This document shows, piece by piece, positions 1-7,353 of a stretch of DNA of 54,308 nucleotides. Origin of the DNA: Alphaproteobacteria bacterium (lineage in GTDB: Bacteria > Pseudomonadota > Alphaproteobacteria > RF32 > CAG-239). The translations under genes and the position numbers were made by a program. The stretch spans positions 1 to 54,308 of the forward strand of contig JAFUXW010000002.1 of the NCBI GenBank assembly GCA_017477035.1, in the 5' to 3' direction. The notes below the pieces were generated by a model, which did no database searches, was not told the origin of the DNA, and saw only the letters and a list, made by a program, of their open reading frames with translations. Each line of letters begins with the position of its first letter. The first letter of the stretch is position 1.

Positions 1-100
1 AACACTCCGGGCAGCGTTAAACACCGTTAAACACTCCGGGCAGCGTTAAACACCGTTAAACACTCCGGGCAGCGTTAAACACCGTTAAACACTCCGGGCA
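1..100. repeat. 29-bp tandem repeat array, 3.4 copies (unit = CGTTAAACAC CGTTAAACAC TCCGGGCAG); same array as window end
   Basis: CACTCCGGG recurs at 3, 32, 61, 90 (exact 29-nt period); last copy degenerates at about 99. Confidence 0.95.
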
Positions 101-123
101 ATGTCGGAGCCGTTGAACAGCAC

Positions 124-156
124 AAAAAAAAAGCCGCTATAAAAGCGGCTTTTTTT
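124..156. terminator. bidirectional intrinsic terminator
   Basis: A-run, stem AAGCCGCT (131-138) / AGCGGCTT (144-151), loop ATAAA, T-run; abuts stop of 155-535 (-). Confidence 0.8.
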
Positions 157-535
157 AGTCGTTAGCGGCCCAATGTTCGCGGAAGTTTTGCCGGCATTGT
201 TCTGTTATAAATCCCGGCGGCGGATTCGGCGCGTCTAAATCCGGTTTAAAAACAATTCGTTCAACGTTAACCCCTCCGGCCTCCGTTAAATATTCTATTA
301 TAACATTTGTAAACCATTTATTTATATAAACCCGGCCGGCGTCATCGATTCGCACGAAATAAGGATAGAAAAAAGCGTCTAAAATCTCCGACGTTGTCGG
401 CGTTGATTGTTTAATAAATCCGTCTTTTGTCTCCGCCCAGTATGACTCCGCCAAAATAGCGCCGTACCCGTGGACGCCGGCGGCTAACTCATCAGCTAAC
501 CGCCGTTTAACGTTTACAAGTGATTTACTCTTCAT
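155..535 (-). CDS. hypothetical protein (126 aa), last gene of leftward operon
   Basis: Intact ORF, SD GGAGA 8 nt upstream in conserved junction AATGGAGATTTTAAACAATG; visibly GC-richer than neighbours; no family recognised. Confidence 0.6.
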   Translation of the reverse strand: MKSKSLVNVKRRLADELAAGVHGYGAILAESYWAETKDGFIKQSTPTTSEILDAFFYPYFVRIDDAGRVYINKWFTNVIIEYLTEAGGVNVERIVFKPDLDAPNPPPGFITEQCRQNFREHWAAND

Positions 536-552
536 TGTTTAAAATCTCCATT

Positions 553-813
553 TTATATTTCAAACAAATAACCAGTTTCATCTGATTTATCATAATAAAA
601 ACTTGATTTATGAAAAATGGCGCGCGCTAACCTATTTAAAAACCGATCACGGCCGAAAATTTTAATAAAATCAATGTGTCGGATTCGCACTTGAAAATCA
701 TCTGTTAAAATGGTGATTTTGCATTTTTTAGCAGCGCAGGCAATGTATTTAAAATCCGATTCGATATATCCGCAAGATTTTAAAAATCTTTTATCTTTTA
801 ATGTTAATTGCAT
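553..813 (-). CDS. hypothetical protein (86 aa)
   Basis: ORF preceded by TAATGGAGGGTTAAAAAATG junction. Confidence 0.6.
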   Translation of the reverse strand: MQLTLKDKRFLKSCGYIESDFKYIACAAKKCKITILTDDFQVRIRHIDFIKIFGRDRFLNRLARAIFHKSSFYYDKSDETGYLFEI

Positions 814-827
814 TTTTTAACCCTCCA

Positions 828-950
828 TTAATTAAACCAATATTTAATTAAATTAATTTTTTCACCGTTTAATTCGTCCGGCGTTGCTATTAATAACATA
901 AGCAATAAAACGAACATTAACACGGTAATAAATTTTAAAATGTTTATCAT
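828..950 (-). CDS. small hydrophobic peptide (40 aa, one predicted TM: FITVLMFVLLLMLLIA)
   Basis: Not in ORF track (under 60 aa); ATG at 950 preceded by ATGGAGGGTTAAAAAC junction identical in style to neighbours; fills the 814-954 gap. Confidence 0.45.
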   Translation of the reverse strand: MINILKFITVLMFVLLLMLLIATPDELNGEKINLIKYWFN

Positions 951-954
951 GTTT

Positions 955-1182
955 TTAACCCTCCATTTTAAAACATTTATCACCTAAAAATAAAACGTTT
1001 GTTTTAAGCTCCGGCGCATATTCTGGACGACTTATAAAAAACTTAACATTTTTATATTGTGCAAAATCCGCCGGATTGATTTTATCACATAACCAATAAA
1101 AACAACCATAAACCCCGTTAATTTTACCGCGTTTAAAATTATAATACTCCGGCAATTGTGAAAATTTAAGTTTGTTATACAT
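955..1182 (-). CDS. hypothetical protein (75 aa)
   Basis: ORF with GAAATGGAGGGATAAAAAATG junction. Confidence 0.6.
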   Translation of the reverse strand: MYNKLKFSQLPEYYNFKRGKINGVYGCFYWLCDKINPADFAQYKNVKFFISRPEYAPELKTNVLFLGDKCFKMEG

Positions 1183-1198
1183 TTTTTATCCCTCCATT

Positions 1199-1633
1199 TC
1201 AAGCGTAAAATTCAACAATTTTATATTTTTTAACATTTAATATTTTGCACAATATCCGGAGCGCCCACTCATTACAGCCGGAGCCGCCGAATCTCGGAAA
1301 ATTTTTTATTCCACAATTACAAATTGCCTCGTCAAAAGCGGCCGACTCTCGGTTGTAACCCCAACCACACGCGCGACCCGTTCCAGAGCTCTTGAACACA
1401 TTCGAATAGATCCACATCGCACAATAATTTGCGCGGCCTGTAGGGCAATAAAAGCGCACGTCGATAATTTCAGAGGCCGTTTTCAAGTCAATCACTTTAA
1501 AGCCTTTGTACAATCCCGAATCTTTCCGATAATTAACATTGAAACATTTTTTTTCAGCGTCAAGCGTCAAACGTGTTAAACGCTTTTTTTCGTTCCATAC
1601 ATCAACCGGTAAATATTTATTTATTATTAACAT
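1199..1633 (-). CDS. Cys-rich hypothetical protein (144 aa)
   Basis: Start moved from 1648 to ATG 1633 (the 1648 ATG lies inside the SD AAATGGAGGA); 9 Cys; no family recognised. Confidence 0.6.
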   Translation of the reverse strand: MLIINKYLPVDVWNEKKRLTRLTLDAEKKCFNVNYRKDSGLYKGFKVIDLKTASEIIDVRFYCPTGRANYCAMWIYSNVFKSSGTGRACGWGYNRESAAFDEAICNCGIKNFPRFGGSGCNEWALRILCKILNVKKYKIVEFYA

Positions 1634-1675
1634 TTTTAAATCCTCCATTTTATTCGATTCGTTTTATCTATTTAT

Positions 1676-1704
1676 AATATAACAAATATATTCGTTATTG
1701 TCAA
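1676..1704 (-). promoter_or_regulatory. sigma70-type promoter for leftward operon 1633-155
   Basis: Minus strand reads TTGACA (1704-1699) - 17 nt - TATATT (1681-1676) with TGT extended -10. Confidence 0.6.
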
Positions 1705-1730
1705 GTGTTATATAATAAATTTTTTTAATT

Positions 1731-1810
1731 TTTTCAACTGTTATAAACCGTTGTCAAGTGTTATAAATCGTTGTAATAGTTATAAGCCGTTGTCAACTGT
1801 TATAGATTAC
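1731..1810. repeat. about 3.5 tandem 20-bp iteron-like units (TGTTATAAACCGTTGTCAAG type)
   Basis: Units at 1739-1758, 1759-1778 (degenerate), 1779-1798, partial 1799-1810; TTGTCAA cores at 1751, 1790 (and 1698, 2000, 2037). Confidence 0.85.
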
Positions 1811-1916
1811 TTTTTCAAACAAGAGTCAATATATATACCCTCAGCGTGATTTTCAATATAAAGAATATATATATATATAATAGAATTACTATATTTTAAT
1901 ATTTAATTCAGCCTCC

Positions 1917-1948
1917 CGCGCGTATGCGTGCATATACGCGCGCGCGTG
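1917..1948. other. 32-nt perfect alternating pyrimidine-purine GC-rich tract / palindrome
   Basis: CGCGCGTATGCGTGCATATACGCGCGCGCGTG; CGCGCGTAT and ATACGCGCG are inverted repeats; preceded by (TA)n tract at about 1866-1880. Confidence 0.9.
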
Positions 1949-1970
1949 AACACGTGCAATTTAAAAAGCG

Positions 1971-2068
1971 CGCCGCCAACGTGAACAACGTTTAAAAAAT
2001 TGTCAACTGTTATAAACGCCGCCAACGTGAACGGCGTTGTCAACGTTGGCGGCGTTGTTCACGTTGGC
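1971..2068. repeat. GCCAACGT-family direct and inverted repeats
   Basis: CGCCGCCAACGTGAAC at 1971-1986 and 2017-2032; inverted copies at 2041-2054 and 2057-2068. Confidence 0.85.
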
Positions 2069-2150
2069 AAGGGGGGTAACTCCGGGAGGGTTGGGGTTGA
2101 ATGGGTCGTTCAAGCGAGATTCGTAAAACGCTGAAAACTTTTTTAACGCT

Positions 2151-2190
2151 TATAACACCTAACAACACCTAACAACACCTAACAACACCT
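2151..2190. repeat. 4 tandem copies of 10-bp AACAACACCT
   Basis: TATAACACCT, then AACAACACCT x3; flanked by G-runs (2070-2105) and C-runs (2195-2208). Confidence 0.9.
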
Positions 2191-2241
2191 CATACCCCAC
2201 CCCCCTACCTTCACAAAAGTGCATATTTAAAAATTTTATAT

Positions 2242-2270
2242 TTGACTTTTTTGAAAAAGTATTTTATATA
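2242..2270 (+). promoter_or_regulatory. sigma70-type promoter for rightward structural block
   Basis: TTGACT (2242-2247) - 17 nt - TATATA (2265-2270), 33 nt before ATG 2303. Confidence 0.55.
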
Positions 2271-2302
2271 TAGATTCATAGATTAACTTTATGGAGGTGA
2301 GA

Positions 2303-2953
2303 ATGAACGAAAAATTGATTAACAGGTGTAGTTCCCGAATAGTAATGCAGAGTAAATACTTAAACAAGCTTTGGGTTTACGGCGTTTATAACAGTGAACA
2401 ACAATTAGTATTCATGAGTTACGGAACACTTAAAGAAATTATAATGATGTCACCATTTAAAACGATTGAAAAATTTAACGAGAATGAAAATTACACTTTC
2501 GTCCTAATTCAACCGTGCGATAACAAAATTGCCGCTGAAAATGCTTTATCTCGTTGGATAAACAATTCAGAACTTGAAGGTACAACACCACCGTTTAACA
2601 TTTATAACAAATCATACAACAACAGATATTTTATTCAATGTCTTGAAAACGGGCGGTATTATCAAACAGCTTCGGACATTGTTAAAATTTTTAACGTTTC
2701 TCAAAGTGCTTTGAGTAATCATTTGAGAGGGTTACCGGGTCACAGAAGTGTTAAAGGATTACATTTTAAGTATTACACAGGCCCTAATCCGGCAGAAATT
2801 GAACAAGCTGGGGGATATAAATTATTACATAACGGTTTTGGTTATAAAAGTGTACCATCTGATGACCCGATTAACAGATTAGGTATTACCGACACTGAAA
2901 AACGTGAACAAATTGCTTTATTGGTTGGTCGATACGGGGGTGAGATATGGTAA
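2303..2953 (+). CDS. DNA-binding protein with C-terminal NUMOD/IENR-like HTH and degenerate GIY-YIG-like N-terminus (paralog 1)
   Basis: Start moved to ATG 2303 (GGAGGTGA SD at 2293). C-terminal IQCLENGRYYQTASDIVKIFNVSQSALSNHLRG..KGLHFKYY resembles homing-endonuclease HTH modules. N-terminal VYGVY..VFMSYG is weakly GIY-YIG-like. Confidence 0.4.
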   Translation: MNEKLINRCSSRIVMQSKYLNKLWVYGVYNSEQQLVFMSYGTLKEIIMMSPFKTIEKFNENENYTFVLIQPCDNKIAAENALSRWINNSELEGTTPPFNIYNKSYNNRYFIQCLENGRYYQTASDIVKIFNVSQSALSNHLRGLPGHRSVKGLHFKYYTGPNPAEIEQAGGYKLLHNGFGYKSVPSDDPINRLGITDTEKREQIALLVGRYGGEIW

Positions 2954-3065
2954 CGCTTATATGTGGACAGGGAGAAACGATATGGTAACGCTTATATGTG
3001 GACAGGGAGAAACGATATGGTAACGCTTATATGTGGACAGGGAGAAACGATATGGTAACGCTTAC
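2944..3065 (+). repeat. 35-bp tandem repeat, 3 full copies plus 17 nt
   Basis: GATATGGTAACGCTTATATGTGGACAGGGAGAAAC starts at 2944, 2979, 3014, 3049; each copy carries SD GGGAGA plus ATGGTAA. Confidence 0.95.
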
Positions 3066-3483
3066 AACGACTTTAACAGCCCTTCAAGGTTTATGGGTAT
3101 TTCAGATACTTGACAAAGATAACCAAGTGCTGTATATAGGGTGTGAACGGCTTAAAACGATACCGGCATTGAGGGAGTGCAGACGACAAGCAAGCGGACA
3201 ATTACCTCAAGAGCTTACTATAGAGCTGGTAGCGAGTGTAACAACGGCTGAGGAAGGTGCTGAGATGGTGGAGACACTTAAAATGCTTACACCGCCTAGG
3301 TATGGGCATAGGACGCTGGAGAGAGGTAAGGCGGTGATATGCGTGGACACAGGTGAGCGGTACCCTAACGCGCATCAAGCCGCCAACGCTTATAATATTA
3401 ACTACAGCTATATGCATTATCATCTTCAAGGTGTGAGTAGCTATAAAACGTGCAAAGGGCTGACATTCAAATATGACAACTGA
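3052..3483 (+). CDS. paralog 2 of the NUMOD-HTH / GIY-YIG-like protein
   Basis: Start placed at the fourth repeat ATG (3052, MVTLTTTL) rather than GTG 2998. VFQILDKDNQVLYIG resembles GIY..YIG. C-terminal YPNAHQAANAYNINYSYMHYHLQG..KGLTFKY aligns with paralog 1. Confidence 0.4.
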   Translation: MVTLTTTLTALQGLWVFQILDKDNQVLYIGCERLKTIPALRECRRQASGQLPQELTIELVASVTTAEEGAEMVETLKMLTPPRYGHRTLERGKAVICVDTGERYPNAHQAANAYNINYSYMHYHLQGVSSYKTCKGLTFKYDN

Positions 3484-4096
3484 CGAGGTATATCCTACAA
3501 GGGCGTATGACCTGCTGACCGACATAGAGCGTAAGGCAGTGGACGAGTATGTGGCCTTTGCAGTCAAACAACAACGTGATAAACACCAACGTGTACTGGC
3601 CGCTCTCAACCTTCCTATTCCGAGCGAGTATATCAGGCGCTCACGGCAAGCGCTTAATCGCCCCGTGCTACGGGCGGCTATTGCCGAGCGTATAACTGAG
3701 GAGGCTGACAAATATGACGTGTCACCTGACAGGGCAGTCCATGAGTATGCGTCACTGGCCTTCAGTGACATTACTGACTTCCTAGACACCGGGTACTTTG
3801 GCGAGCCAAGCATTAAACCACTTAATCAGATACCACCGGACAAAGCGGGCGCTATCAAAAGTATCGAGTGCCAACCGGGCCATCTCGGCACTAAATGGAA
3901 AATAACGCTTCATGACAAGCTGCCGGCACTTAAACAACTGTGTGACTTCATGGGTATGACAGCACCTGAGCGCCCACCGGTGCTTACTGACTATGTACGG
4001 CAAGAGATACGTGATGCGGAGTTTAAAGAGGTGACAGCACCTGAGGTAGAGTATACACAACTACTGGAGAGTGTGGGTAGCAAGAAGGAGGGATAA
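3473..4096 (+). CDS. terS: terminase small subunit
   Basis: Directly upstream of and overlapping TerL. C-terminal KITLHDKLPALKQLCDFMGM resembles the Terminase_2-type TerS motif. Confidence 0.65.
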   Translation: MTTDEVYPTRAYDLLTDIERKAVDEYVAFAVKQQRDKHQRVLAALNLPIPSEYIRRSRQALNRPVLRAAIAERITEEADKYDVSPDRAVHEYASLAFSDITDFLDTGYFGEPSIKPLNQIPPDKAGAIKSIECQPGHLGTKWKITLHDKLPALKQLCDFMGMTAPERPPVLTDYVRQEIRDAEFKEVTAPEVEYTQLLESVGSKKEG

Positions 4097-5859
4097 TGCC
4101 ACAAAGACGTATAATAGACTGGGGTAAGACCGAGCAAGAGGACACAACCGCGCGTATATGGCGGCCTGAGCCACTTGACCGCGACCAATGGCCACCTGAC
4201 TATAAAGCGGTGTATCGGTGGCGGACACGTATGCTTCGTGAGCTGACAGCAGACCCCGGCAAGCTTGCCAGCGCTCGTGCCTATTATGCTACCAGACCGG
4301 CACACTTCATTATGGACTGGCTTGACACATACGACCCACGCAAATCACCTAATAACGCTAACCCTCAGCTACGGGGTGAGAAGTGGATGCCGTTTGTATT
4401 TTTTAAACGCCAAAAGGATGTGATAGGCTTTTTTGAAAGCTGTTCACATTCCCAAGAGAGCGGGCTGGTGGAGAAATGCCGTGACTTTGGGCTTACTTGG
4501 CTTGCTTGCGGGTATTCGGTGTGGCGGTGGCTGTTCATTAAGAATGATGCTATCGGCTGGGGTAGCCGTAAAGAGTCGCTTGTGGATAAACCGGGTGACC
4601 CTGATAGTATTTTTGAGAAAATACGACTTATGCTTAAACGTATGCCTAAAATTTGGATGCCGGCAGGCTTTAGCTGGGGTAGGCATTCGACATTCATGAA
4701 ACTCCTAAACCCTGAGAACGGTGCCATCATTGCAGGTGAGGCCGGTGACAATATCGGGCGTGGTGGACGACGCTCGATATATATGCTTGACGAAGCTGCC
4801 CACCTTGAACGAGCTGAGAAAGTTGAAGCCGCTTTGGGTGATAATACCAACGTGCGAATCGACATTTCCAGCGTGAATGGTGTGGGTAACGTTTTCCACC
4901 GCCGACGGGAGAATGGTGTGGTGTGGACACCTGATAGCAATATAGAGCCGGGTTATATACGAGTATTCATAGCTGATTGGCGCGACCATCCGCTTAAAAC
5001 ACAAGAATGGTATGATAAACGTAAAGCACGTTACGAGCGTGAAGGTATGGCTCATATTTTTGCACAAGAGGTGGACCGCAATTATGCCGCCGCCGTGAGT
5101 AACGTTGTCATACCTTATGATTGGATCGAAGCTGCTGTCAACGCTCATATCGATATAGACTACCTGAGAGAAGCAGTTCCTGAGCATCTTAATGAATGGT
5201 ATGCAGGGCTTGACGTGGCCGACGAGGGTAACGATCGAAATGCTTTGACACTTCGAGAGTGGATAATATGGCGGTCAGTGGATGAATGGGGTGAGAGAGA
5301 TCCCGGACTGACAGCGCGTAAAGCTATTTTGGCGTGCAGAGAACATTCAGGACATATAACTTGTATGTATGACTGCATCGGTGTCGGCTCAGGTGTAAAA
5401 ACTGAATATAATCGGCTGACAACAGACGAAGGGGTGGTGGACGCTGTTAAAATACCGTTTATTCCTTGGAACGCTGGAGCCAGTGTTATCAATCCTTGGG
5501 AAAGAATTATACCTGATGATAATGAAAGCTTGCAAAATAAAGATTTTTTTGATAATTTAAAGGCACAGGCTTGGTGGTCTCTCCGGACTCGGTTCTATAA
5601 AACGTTTAAAGCTAGGACTGAGGGTGCGGTCTATCCGGTTGATGAGCTTATCTCTTTGGACGGCTCAATGCGGTTGCTAGAGCAATTGAAGAAGGAATTA
5701 GCTCAACCGACAGTTGGACATAGTTCAAGACTTAAACTGCTTATAGAGAAAAAACCTGATGGAATGAGGTCACCAAACCTTGCCGACAGTGGAGTGCTTG
5801 CTTTCTTCCCTGTTGCAGATAACAATGGTGGTTTCTTAATAGGTTCATATGGAGTGTAA
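4096..5859 (+). CDS. terL: terminase large subunit
   Basis: 587 aa. Walker B-like IYMLDEAAH, nuclease-type GLDVADEGNDRNAL. Sits between TerS and portal. Confidence 0.85.
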   Translation: MPQRRIIDWGKTEQEDTTARIWRPEPLDRDQWPPDYKAVYRWRTRMLRELTADPGKLASARAYYATRPAHFIMDWLDTYDPRKSPNNANPQLRGEKWMPFVFFKRQKDVIGFFESCSHSQESGLVEKCRDFGLTWLACGYSVWRWLFIKNDAIGWGSRKESLVDKPGDPDSIFEKIRLMLKRMPKIWMPAGFSWGRHSTFMKLLNPENGAIIAGEAGDNIGRGGRRSIYMLDEAAHLERAEKVEAALGDNTNVRIDISSVNGVGNVFHRRRENGVVWTPDSNIEPGYIRVFIADWRDHPLKTQEWYDKRKARYEREGMAHIFAQEVDRNYAAAVSNVVIPYDWIEAAVNAHIDIDYLREAVPEHLNEWYAGLDVADEGNDRNALTLREWIIWRSVDEWGERDPGLTARKAILACREHSGHITCMYDCIGVGSGVKTEYNRLTTDEGVVDAVKIPFIPWNAGASVINPWERIIPDDNESLQNKDFFDNLKAQAWWSLRTRFYKTFKARTEGAVYPVDELISLDGSMRLLEQLKKELAQPTVGHSSRLKLLIEKKPDGMRSPNLADSGVLAFFPVADNNGGFLIGSYGV

Positions 5860-5862
5860 CAA

Positions 5863-7353
5863 ATGCCTAAAGATTTATTAAAACGTTCTCCTGATATTGA
5901 AACAATGGTACCTTACTGGGATATGGTAACAGACATTATCGAAGGTGAAGAAGCAATTAAAGCCGGTGGAGAGAAATATTTACCGATGTTTCCTGATGAA
6001 AATGATAGGGATTACGATTTTCGTTTAGAGGTTGGTAAATTTACCAATATTTATCGAGATACACTCGAAGGTTTGGCGACTAAACCGTTTCAAGACGAGG
6101 TTAGCATTGTCGGTCAAAGTGTTGACCCGAAAATTAAAGAATTTGTTGAAGATGTTGACGGTTGTGGTAACAACTTATCCACATTTGCGGCACTTACATT
6201 TTTTAACGGTATTAATTACGCTATTGATTGGATTTTTGTTGATTATCCGACAATAACAGACGCTGATAAACTTAGTATTGCACAAGCTAAAAAACAAAAC
6301 ATTAGAGCTTACTGGCGACATATTTTAGGTAAAAACGTGCTTGAAGTACGTAGTCACATGGAAGGTTCTAAAGAGGTTGTTCATTATTTTCGTTATCAAG
6401 AGCCAAGTTACGGCGATGAACCGGTTAAAGTTCGGGTTTATGCTGAAGAATTTGATGAAACAGGTAAAAAACACATAATGTGGCATTTATATATGAAAGT
6501 CGAGAATCCTAGAGACCCTGAGGATGAATTTGTTGAAATTGCCACTGGTGAAATGTCTATTGGGTTTATACCAGTAGTTCCTTTTATAACAGGTCGTAGA
6601 GACGGTAACAGATTTAAATTTTATCCAGTTATGAAAGATGCGGCTACTTTACAAATCAAATTGTATCAAAACGAATCGGCTTTGGAATACATTAAAGTTC
6701 TGGCTTGTTATCCGATGTTAGCCACAGATGGTCTAAAACCTAAACTCGATGCTAAAGGTACTCCTGAAAAAATTGCCGTCGGCCCGGGGAGAGTGCTTTA
6801 TGGCGCTCCAAACACTAATGGCACCGGTGGTACTTGGAAATATGTTGAACCGAGCGCCAACAGCCTTGAGTTTTTGAAAAAAGATATTGATAAAACTAAA
6901 ACAGATTTACGTGAGTTAGGACGTCAACCGCTTACTGCGATGTCGTCACAGCTTACAACGGTTACAACGTCCATTGCAGCAGGTAAAGCTAAATCTGCTG
7001 TGACGACATGGGCGTTAGCTCTTAAAGATGCGTTAGAGAACGCTCTCTATATGACAATGCTTTGGGAGCAAAAAGAAGTTCCTGATAATAAACAACCTGA
7101 AGTATATGTTTATACAGGATTTGACAACGTGCTTGAAGATGGTTCGGATTTGGAAGAATTAGGTAAAGCACGTGAGCGTGGAGATTTATCTCAAGAAACA
7201 TATTGGGAAGAATTGAAACGTCGTAAAATCTTATCGGCAGAGTTCACAGCTGAACGTGAGAAAAAACGTTTGCTTGAAGATATACCGACAGATGAAGTAG
7301 ATTTATCTGAAGATGAAGCACCCACAACTGAAGAAAAGGATATTGAAAAATGA
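5863..7353 (+). CDS. portal protein
   Basis: 496 aa immediately after TerL, acidic C-terminal tail, canonical position. Confidence 0.75.
   Translation: MPKDLLKRSPDIETMVPYWDMVTDIIEGEEAIKAGGEKYLPMFPDENDRDYDFRLEVGKFTNIYRDTLEGLATKPFQDEVSIVGQSVDPKIKEFVEDVDGCGNNLSTFAALTFFNGINYAIDWIFVDYPTITDADKLSIAQAKKQNIRAYWRHILGKNVLEVRSHMEGSKEVVHYFRYQEPSYGDEPVKVRVYAEEFDETGKKHIMWHLYMKVENPRDPEDEFVEIATGEMSIGFIPVVPFITGRRDGNRFKFYPVMKDAATLQIKLYQNESALEYIKVLACYPMLATDGLKPKLDAKGTPEKIAVGPGRVLYGAPNTNGTGGTWKYVEPSANSLEFLKKDIDKTKTDLRELGRQPLTAMSSQLTTVTTSIAAGKAKSAVTTWALALKDALENALYMTMLWEQKEVPDNKQPEVYVYTGFDNVLEDGSDLEELGKARERGDLSQETYWEELKRRKILSAEFTAEREKKRLLEDIPTDEVDLSEDEAPTTEEKDIEK

Noticed and set aside
1-100. 29-bp direct repeats at both window ends could be mistaken for a CRISPR array
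   Set aside because: The repeats are strictly tandem with no spacers. Each unit is itself two decamers plus a 9-nt linker. No cas genes or leader are present.
2101-2172. 23-codon ORF (MGRSSEIRKTLKTFLTLITPNNT) in the control region behind GGAGGG
   Set aside because: The SD spacing is long (11 nt), the ORF runs into the 10-bp repeat array, and nothing else supports coding.
3202-5492. Many long ORFs antisense to or out of frame with TerS/TerL (3202-3813, 3782-4060, 3991-4305, 4365-4940, 4433-4699, 4444-4686, 4705-5187, 4727-4930, 5160-5492)
   Set aside because: They lie entirely inside well-supported terminase genes, lack SD sequences and have low-complexity Arg/Ser/Pro-rich products. They are explained by the stop-codon-poor, GC-rich composition of this block.
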